DNA of 61,062 nucleotides, the filler included, from Dugesia japonica (taxonomy: Eukaryota), in NCBI GenBank assembly GCA_001938525.1. It is 6 parts of 6 records of this genome, joined end to end, with 100 filler letters (N's around TTAATTAATTAA, not from the genome) between each part and the next. Parts side by side here need not be neighbours in the genome. Positions count along the whole stretch, not along the records: positions 51,584 to 61,062 come from MQRL01580320.1; 5 more parts are not named here. One strand, 5' to 3'. The position numbers and the translations under genes were made by a program. Position 1 is the stretch's first letter; the number at the start of each line of letters is the position of its first letter. This document shows positions 52,999-61,062 of this stretch, piece by piece. Under the pieces are notes generated by a model. That model searched no databases and was not told the origin of the DNA. It saw only the letters and a list, made by a program, of their open reading frames with translations.

Positions 52999-53265
52999 AT
53001 TCAATGTATTTTACTCCATTGCTGTGTTTTCGTTTAATAAATGTCTTCTCGTATGATCGGTTAAAGGAAAATTTATCTTACTTGTCTTAAGTAGTTTATC
53101 TGATTCATCGTTTTATTCATAGGATATAATTATACAATTTTCTTTGTTTCGTCTAATTTATCAATCTTGAATTATAAAACGATGTTTATAATGATATATA
53201 TATTTTTGGTGTCTACATCAATCATCGTAACCACTAACTTGAATAACCTTTTAATTAACCTTCAG

Positions 53266-53615
53266 TGCATTCATCACTCAACCGTTTGGTTACCAGTACT
53301 AAGAATATTCGAGAAAGTAGTAAGGACGTCGAGATGTCCTGGGAATTGTATAAGTTGGCCAAGCGTAAGTCGGAGGCAAACACAGTCAGTGCTATAGCGA
53401 AAGTCAAGCGCTATTGTCCGAAATGCCAGACGTATCGACTCGAAGCGGAAGCTTCACATTCACAGGAACGACTCTGGAAAAAGCAACTAGAATCATTCAC
53501 AGAGGCTATCCAGTCCCTCCATGACCGTGAAAATAAACTGGTCACCGAACTACACAATCGATTGCCAATGGAACCCCTGATGATTGATAAATCCACACCA
53601 ACTTCGCGTTCATGA
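53266..53615 (+). CDS. LTR cassette C (copy 2): intact 116-aa coiled-coil protein
   Basis: Acceptor cttcag|TG, open to stop 53615, AATAAA 53644; ends DKSTPT. Confidence 0.8.
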
Positions 53616-53767
53616 CAGTATTTGTTAAATCGGTTTTGGTGTGAATAAAATTATTTAACTTGAGTAGACTGATCAGTGTTCCTTAACCAATTTTATTATA
53701 TTGATTTTATTGACTATTCAAAGTCATTTATATTTGTTTAACTCTTAAATTATCATTTCTATTTCAG

Positions 53768-54130
53768 TGCCTCGAATTCGTCTGCCAAATAATCCACGAC
53801 GATGCTCATCGGATAATTCAAAAGCTCTTACTTGGACGTCACTTTAAGAGACAAACCGAACGGGAGTAACTGCAACATTTAACCCAACGAAGTTGGTTAA
53901 TAAAAAAATTATATTTGATAGTAAAAAAGAAAGGAGAACTAGCGGAACGCACTAAACAGATCCTCGACAACAAAATCGAATTTTTACAACAATATATAGA
54001 CGACCTGTCCAATCGCTTCGAACAGGAGACGTGGGTCCGCTGGAACAATGATGACGACGAGGCCGCCTTCGATTTTGCGAATGGTGAGCCCACTCAGTGG
54101 TCAGACCCTTGTGCTCTAGATTTTATGTAA
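53768..54130 (+). pseudogene. LTR cassette D (copy 2)
   Basis: Acceptor tttcag|TG CCT (PRIRL vs MPHIRF), frameshift and stop near the start, acidic tail DDDEAAFDF..EPTQW; AATAAA about 54140. Confidence 0.75.
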
Positions 54131-55330
54131 ATAACAAAAAATAAATCTTAGTTCCAATTTATTGATCATTTGTTTTATAAATTAAAATACGGGGAAACAA
54201 TGAACCCAAAAATAAAGGTGTACGAGTGTGTTCTTCAAGTAAGCGCTGGAAGTCAACCACTATATACCGATGAACTAATTAGGGACATTAGGAAAATTCT
54301 TTGAGAGGTCCCCTGAGGGCTGATTTTTCCCCTAGCCAAAGTTTTTCCATCAACAACTAAGGCGGAACCCCAACAGTATTACAATATCAAATGGACATGA
54401 ATTTGCCTTTAGCTTGAATGATTTTATCTGATAAATAAGCTTAAGTGAATCACTATCAAATCTTTTCAAAGAAAGTCATTTCTATTATTTATTTGGATAT
54501 AATGAAATCATTATTAGTCCTCTTTTCGAATCTTTGTTCTTTAGAAAATGTGTGACGATGTTTGAACTTTTAATCGGTGATTATGAATTCAAATTAGAAC
54601 TAGCGCAATCCATTTTTTGTTTGATTGCGAAGAATTGACCAAATTATTAATATTTAGGTAAAACGTTCTGAATTCTCAGTGCTCTCTTCATTCTGATCTG
54701 ATTTATTGACTAGTGAATAATTTCTAATTAAAAAATTTAAAAATTTTCAAAATGTAAAAGCGTACAAACTTTTATGTAACAATCAACATTATTAAATAAA
54801 ACCAATTATATAAAATTAATTAAATTGTGATTATTAAACAAAAAATGAAAATATAAATTATAGTAATCAAACTAATTATCAAATGGCAATGAAATTCTGT
54901 ATAGAGAGAAAAAATTCAAAATCAGAACAATTTCAGAACCAAGTTATTAACAGAATAATTTTTTATTTGAGTTTGAACTATTCAAACCATCCTGTCATTT
55001 CACCCTAACACTCTCGATTCAAAACTGTAAAACTTAGGAGAAGTCTAAATTCAAGAATGTCTTATCAACTATAATTGTAGTCTTCTACTAAACAAAACTA
55101 GCAATTATTATTCAATTAAAATTAAATGAAAAATANNNNNNNNNNNNNNNNNNNNNNNNNNNNNNNNNNNNNNNNNNNNNNNNNNAAAAATAAGAACAAA
55201 ATTTCTAATTGCTTTACAATTACAATTATTGAGAGAATAATTGTTGGACATAACCATTGGTCGTTTTCCAGAATGCATTAAAATAAAAGCTTCGATCAAA
55301 ATTGTGTTTTTTTGGTTTTTGATAATTATT

Positions 55331-55365
55331 ATATATTTCGAATTTGTCTTCGTCAGGAATTGACT
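55331..55365 (-). ncRNA. Minimal hammerhead motif, both core boxes intact
   Basis: Minus strand GUCAAUUC-CUGACGA-AGAC-AAA-UUC-GAAA-UA-UA; stem I 3' strand decayed. Confidence 0.55.
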
Positions 55366-55929
55366 TTTTCTAAAATNNNNNNNNNNGAAATTTATTGATA
55401 TTAAAAATATTTTTTGAATTTCATGACCAGTTATTGAAAAATATTTTGTAAATTCTATCGAAAATTAATGAATTAAATTAATTTTTAAACTAGCTCTGAA
55501 AGTTAATTAGTTCTGAATTCCATACAGATTTAGCCAATTTAAGGAAATTGAATATTAGCTTGATTGGATATTAGTTTGACTATCAAATCGAATTTTAATA
55601 AATTTAACTTACACAATAATGAAAAATTACTCCACAAAAGAAAACTTCACAACAATCAGTGTCAAATTCTAACAGTACTACATTGTTTACGGATTATTAA
55701 GTGTATTTTAAAGTTTAGTAATGACATTATTCGTGTTTTAATTTCAAAGTGTTTTGAACCAAAATTGATGTAATTCAATGTAAAAGTAAAATTAATTAAT
55801 TAATTCTAATAACTCTTATACTGCAAATTTAGAGTACTAAGTTAGTTTAGGGTAATTTTTCACTCCAATATAAAAACATACATTTTTGTTAATGTATTAT
55901 TTTATCAAGAAATTTTAGGAAATTATTCA

Positions 55930-56491
55930 TTTTAAAACACAAATATATTTACACAATTATGCTTGTTATAGCATTCAATATGAACTTCAACTAGGTGCTT
56001 TCTTACATAAATTACAGCTGCATGGAGTTTTAGTTTCTCTCTTTGCATATCAAACATCTAATTGATCTATTTGTATTTTTCTTTCTCACCGTATTTGTAG
56101 TTATATCAATTGGTTCTGTATATGTTTCAGATATTTTCTTGGTGAAGTCATGCGTGAATCTCCTCTTAACTCTCTTTTTCTGGGTCTGAAAGTAATCGAC
56201 ATAAACCTGTGTAAATAAAACGAGACATTTGTATCTTTTAATGTCAAAGATATTATAGAAAACGATTGAATGTAGTCTAAGTGTCATTTTCATGATGCTG
56301 TAGAATCTAATCAATTGTTCTAAACTTTTCAAAGTAAGAAATCTTTCTCTAATAGTTGAAGAACTCTTAGTGCCGNNNNNNNNNNNNNNNNNNNNNNNNN
56401 NNNNNNNNNNNNNNNNNNNNTTTTTTTGCTGATTTTTAGGAAGAGTTATTAATATATGTCCTAGTGCAAACATATTAGCATAGAAAATCAA
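55930..56491 (-). pseudogene. piggyBac transposase C-terminal relic
   Basis: EQLIRFYS....R....VFYNIFDI and RCLICKERN Cys-rich tail. Confidence 0.65.
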
Positions 56492-57889
56492 ATTGTTTTT
56501 AATAATATAACTGATTCAGAAAATTAATTTAGGAAAATAGGAAATTGATAAGTGACAATAAAGAATAAAAATAATAAAATCATTACTAAGGATTAAAATA
56601 AAATAACGATTTCAATAAATCGATAAATTAAAGAGTATGGAAATCAGAGCATCGAAGAGGAAATAATAATCGGAATAAAAGAAACAGATAAAGAGTGATC
56701 ATCGAAAAAAATTAAAAGTTTGAAATATTGCATAAATTTAATTATTATGAAAGAATTAAATAAAATAAAGAACAAGTGATTATTAAATTAAATATAATGA
56801 AAGAAGAAATGAATAATTGAAACCAGATAGTGCTCAAGAAGATGATGAACCGATTAAAGAAAGTTTAAATAATAAATGAAGATCGCGAAATAAAATGAAT
56901 AATAATTAAATAATAAACGAGCAGATTAAATAATTATCGAAATGAATATATTATACCAGAAATATTAAAGAAAGAAAGTAAATAAATCACAAGAAACGAG
57001 ATAATGCTCATAGAAAATAATAATCAATGTATTAAAGAACGAAAGCTCAAATGATATAAATATGGCTCACGAAATAAAAGGAAAGCTCGAATAAACCAAA
57101 ATTAAATGTATAAATTATGTCAGGAAATGGTAAATAAGAAATAAGAAATAAAATGAAATCGAAAATGGAATTGGAATATGTTATATATTATTATTTATAA
57201 TTATATGCATGCTATAAAAATAGAGATTTAATAAAAGGATATTTTGAATATACTAAAATAATTAATTTATAAAGTAGAATTAAAACAAAAGTAATTTATT
57301 AAAAGATTTTAATAAAATCAAACGGAATTACGAGAAAATAGATATGAAACAAATCAGTATTATTATTATAGTTAAAAACATTAATGAAATTATTATAATG
57401 TCGTTAGGAACAATCATATCATTATAATAAAGTATTTAAATAGATAGAATGTAATAGTATTATTATTTTAGTTAAATATTATTAATTATGAAGAAGGAAT
57501 TGGAATTAAAAGACCAGAACTATATGTAATAAAAGATAATTAAAAGTTAAATTAAGATTTTGAAGCATATTAAATTAGTTACATTTATTCATGTTTAAAT
57601 CCCTATCTATAATATAGAAACAAACTATCTAAAATATTATTATTTTACAATAAATATTAATTTAATTATTATCACTTTAATATTATTATTTATAGAGAAA
57701 GAATTTGAATTTAAAGATCAGAGTCGCATGAGAAGAAAGATAATGAAAAGATACATTAGAATTATATATTACAGGAGAATTATTTATATTCCTGCTAGTA
57801 ATTATTCGTATTTATAAGCCAAAAACAAACTTATTTTAAATAATAAATATTATTTTTTCAAAATCATTTGTGCTGGTCCAATGAACACA

Positions 57890-58230
57890 GATTTCATTGG
57901 CACCGTTGCACGTTTGGATAGATCAATTATAGTTAAAATTAGGTATCGGGTGAGCACCGCACAATGAATGCAAAAAAAATTATGTGTATTGAGTGAGCAC
58001 CAATCACACTCATTGAATTTAATAAATAATCTGTGTATCGGATGAGCACCGTGAAAACACTATCAAGCAAAACTCTATGATGCCGATTCAGCACCGGTAC
58101 TCATATGCATGATAAAACATTATGTACAAATGAACGAGCATAATCTGAAAAAAATATAAATGACTAAATATAGGTATTATGAACGAATCTGCCAGTGAGC
58201 ATCGCACAATTCAGTGAATTTTTAGAAAAA
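57890..58230. repeat. Degenerate spaced repeat array, core GTATCGGRTGAGCACCG, period about 43-50 bp
   Basis: (TG)AGCACC/AGCATC recurs about 5-6 times with dissimilar AT-rich spacers. Confidence 0.65.
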
Positions 58231-58554
58231 CTGAAGTGGGTGCATAATCGGTCAAAATTGACGATAAAAAATTGGTATAAAAGGAATATCAGATTTCACA
58301 AAAATCATCTCTTAAAATTTATTACTGATACGCTTATTAAATTATCTTTAAAAGATATAAGGTGTTTTACTATCACATCTTAAAGGAAAAATATCTCGAA
58401 GCAAAAGTAATTATATTGATTGTTATTTAATAATTGGCAAATGAAACGATGAATTAGAAGACTGAGGTGAGAACCAGCATTATCTAGCTTTGCTGATAAT
58501 GATGATCGTCATCACTCAGATATCCACGAGATTATCTTCTCATGTTAATGTTTA

Positions 58555-58880
58555 TAAAAGATATGAATACGGATGAAAGATGCTAATGTTTATGAAAGAA
58601 ATTAATACTTATGAAAGATGTTAATACTTTTGAAAGATGCGAATACTGATGAAAGATGTTAATGTTTATGAAAGATGTTAATACTTATGAAAGATGTTAA
58701 TACTTATGATAGTTATTAGCGATCACGAGGTATGAAATGATTATGAGATATTAAATGATTATAAGGTAATACGAGATGATTATGAGATATTAAATGATTA
58801 TGAAGCCATGCGAGATATGAAATTGTTATGAGATACTAAATGATTATGAAGTGGTACGAGATATAAAATGATTAAGGTGA
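58555..58880. repeat. Two adjacent minisatellites: 19-bp GAAAGATGTTAATACTTAT (about 8 units) and a GAGATATTAAATGATTAT-based array
   Basis: Direct inspection. Confidence 0.85.
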
Positions 58881-59969
58881 CAAAATGTGAAACCCTTATG
58901 AGGGTTAAAGACGAGGAAGTAAAGAAGTGAATGTGAATGCAAATAAATTAGATATGTGGTGGTTGAATTCTATCTGTCGGTTATTTAGTTAACTGCTTGT
59001 TGTACTGTGCTATTATGATTGTACTTCTAGTGTAAAAAAAATAAAATCGACACATCAATAGCGGACATTCGGAAAAAGTAAGCTTCTTTACAGAAAAAAC
59101 TACAGAACGACATAGCCGAGTTACAACGAAAGAATGCTTTGCTACGGGATACAAATGCCAAACTGAAAGAAAGAGATCTGACCTTATCACAGTCCTGTCA
59201 GGCGATGGCTGACATCATCAAGGCGATGGCCGACATGTTGACAGAGACGGAGTATTGATATTCATCGAAAGAACATTGGCACGGAGAAAGAGATCACAAA
59301 GTAAACGGTCAAGGAAATCATCAACCTGGACGAGTAATCATCATTGTTTGAGAAATAAATTTTTACTTACCAAGAGTTGTTATCATTTATACCACCGGCA
59401 TGTAATAAAGAATGACATGAGAATAACGAGAGCCGAATAAATTAGAAATTGAACACATAAGACGGGATACAGCATAGTCCCGCTGAATCCAGGAATGGGG
59501 GATCGTGGTACAAGAGAAAGCATCAAAAATTTCTGTGGTTACTAGGTATCATCCCCCAAGACAGAAATGATAATCAAGAGAATGAAGAAATGCTAAATCT
59601 AGAGAATACGAAAAATGAAATTAGAAAAGTAATAACATCAAAAAGCCTAATATCCCAACATATATAAAAATTAAAAAATTTCCCATATATATTTAATTTA
59701 TGAATCACTCTTACACAGATAATACAAGGAAATAAGAAGAAAAAAAGGTCTATCATTTTATCCAATACTTACTGTGCCAAGAGATTACGAAATATTAGGG
59801 GCCTACAAAAAAATAAAATTTTTGTTATTGGTGATTAAAAATATAGAAATAAAGACAAAAGAATTCAAATTCAAAGTTCTAAATCAATCATTTTTATAAA
59901 TAGAAACTGTTTAAGAATTCATTTAAAATAAAAGCTTCGATCAAAAGTTTTTTTTGTTTTTTGAGATTG

Positions 59970-60006
59970 ATTCGATATTTTGACTTCATCTTCGTCAGGA
60001 ATTGAC
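59970..60006 (-). ncRNA. Hammerhead motif with GAAA->AAAA core mutation
   Basis: Minus strand GUCAAUUC-CUGACGA-AGAU-GAA-GUC-AAAA-UA-UC-GAAU. Confidence 0.5.
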
Positions 60007-61062
60007 TTTTTTAGCTAAGATTTTATTCACAGTAGACTAAACTATATAAACGTGTGTATTTTAAATTTTTATATTTTATTAGTGCAGAATTTAAATTTTA
60101 ATCAATTTGAGGCTTATTACAAATTCAGATATGCAAAAGTGCCTAGGGTCTACGAAGATTTAAAAACCGCTCTGGTTAAGGAAGACATGAAAGCTATTTC
60201 TAATGAATCAGTAAAANNNNNNNNNNNNNNNNNNNNNNNNNNNNNNNNNNNNNNNNNNNNNNNNNNNNNNNNNNNNNNNNNNNNNNNNNNNNNNNNNNTA
60301 TTAGCAAACTTTTAATCTCAAAAGACAATTTTAAAGTCTTTCAGAGATGGTTCAAGGGGTTTTTAATTTTTATCTATAAAAATGAATTAACAACATTTTC
60401 TATTAATAATCAGATAAAAATAAAATAGTTGCTCATATGGGATTCTACAAGTGCTCATTATATCATTGAAATGAAGGACTTCCTAAAATGCAGAAAAGTT
60501 GACAATGTCATGATCCCATCACGGATGACACTTTATTTACAATTATTAAATCTGATAATCAATAAACCATTTAACGGTTTCATGAGATAAGAGATGAATA
60601 ATTTAATCTAAAATCGGATAGTACGAAATGAAACAGTTAAATTTTCTTATGCTCAAAAATATGGAAATAACCACGCGGGTTAAGAATTTCTGGGATTGAG
60701 TCACTTAGAGTATAAGTTACTTACACATGATGAGAAAATTTGAGGACGAATTTATTGCCAATCACGAGAGATTGGTAAAAGAGATCCACAAAACAATCTC
60801 ACAATTACACCATTATGAAGAAATATTTATTCAATCAACATTTTCAAATATTTTTGATGAGAATGAGATATACATAAATGAACAAACTCATTGTTAGGTA
60901 ATTCTTCAATTGGTAATTCATTTTGCAAATCACTACTAATATTTTGAGACATTATTTTTTTTACTACTTCAAACCATGTTTCATACTATAAATAATATTG
61001 AATATAAGAATTTCAATGTTAATATTTATATAACTCAATTTCTATTGGGTGAAATTATTAAT

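Larger units (their letters stand above)
51584..54375. mobile_element. Second, diverged copy of the giant LTR (left end lost at contig join)
   Basis: Same four cassettes in the same order; conserved terminal about 170 bp (GGGACATTAG...GGTCCCCTGAGGGCTG) ending ACCCCAACA at 54375. Confidence 0.85.

Noticed and set aside
53167-53397. Spliced-leader AUG trans-splicing giving the CIHHSTVW frame of cassette C
   Set aside because: The equivalent frame in copy 1 stops after four codons; conservation is in the phase-1 frame.
55108-55299. IEAFIL..P as GIY-YIG endonuclease C-terminus
   Set aside because: Very short match lying downstream of the ribozyme rather than upstream, and not supported by other GIY-YIG motifs.
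57890-58230. CRISPR array
   Set aside because: Repeats are short and degenerate, the context is eukaryotic, and there are no cas genes.
644-60315. ORFs made largely of X (644, 15999, 27093, 38076, 48594-49066, 60052)
   Set aside because: Open only because N runs mask stop codons.
60300-60930. Decayed coding-like sequence (GNNHAG, NNLTITPL)
   Set aside because: Probably a transposase relic, but the family cannot be supported from the sequence alone.

Overview
Very AT-rich eukaryotic (animal) genomic DNA with 46-49 nt introns and (AAT)n/(AT)n microsatellites. A planarian-like flatworm is plausible, but that is inference. The window is six contigs joined by artificial 100-nt spacers (N44-TTAATTAATTAA-N44), so adjacency across those joins is not reliable. 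Host genes appear only as exon fragments: methylmalonyl-CoA mutase (B12-binding domain) and a DNAH10-like axonemal dynein heavy chain. The rest is decayed mobile DNA: mariner, pogo, hAT, MULE, piggyBac, Gypsy and Penelope-like relics, several MITEs, and two Polinton/adintovirus-like endogenous viral relics. One of these carries a capsid gene, a PLA2-integrase fusion, a packaging ATPase, pPolB and a clean piggyBac insertion. The most striking element is a 4.27-kb solo LTR (18602-22874; TGTTGGGGT...ACCCCAACA, 4-bp TSD AATG) with a diverged second copy ending at 54375. Both carry the same ordered array of four small protein-coding cassettes, each laid out as splice acceptor, ORF, stop, poly(A) signal. 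The copies show strong synonymous-site divergence, a possible start codon split across the intron (A|TG), and an LC8-binding TQT motif in one product. This looks like an LTR-borne, alternatively spliced accessory-gene system. A dispersed repeat family carrying minimal hammerhead ribozyme motifs is also present.
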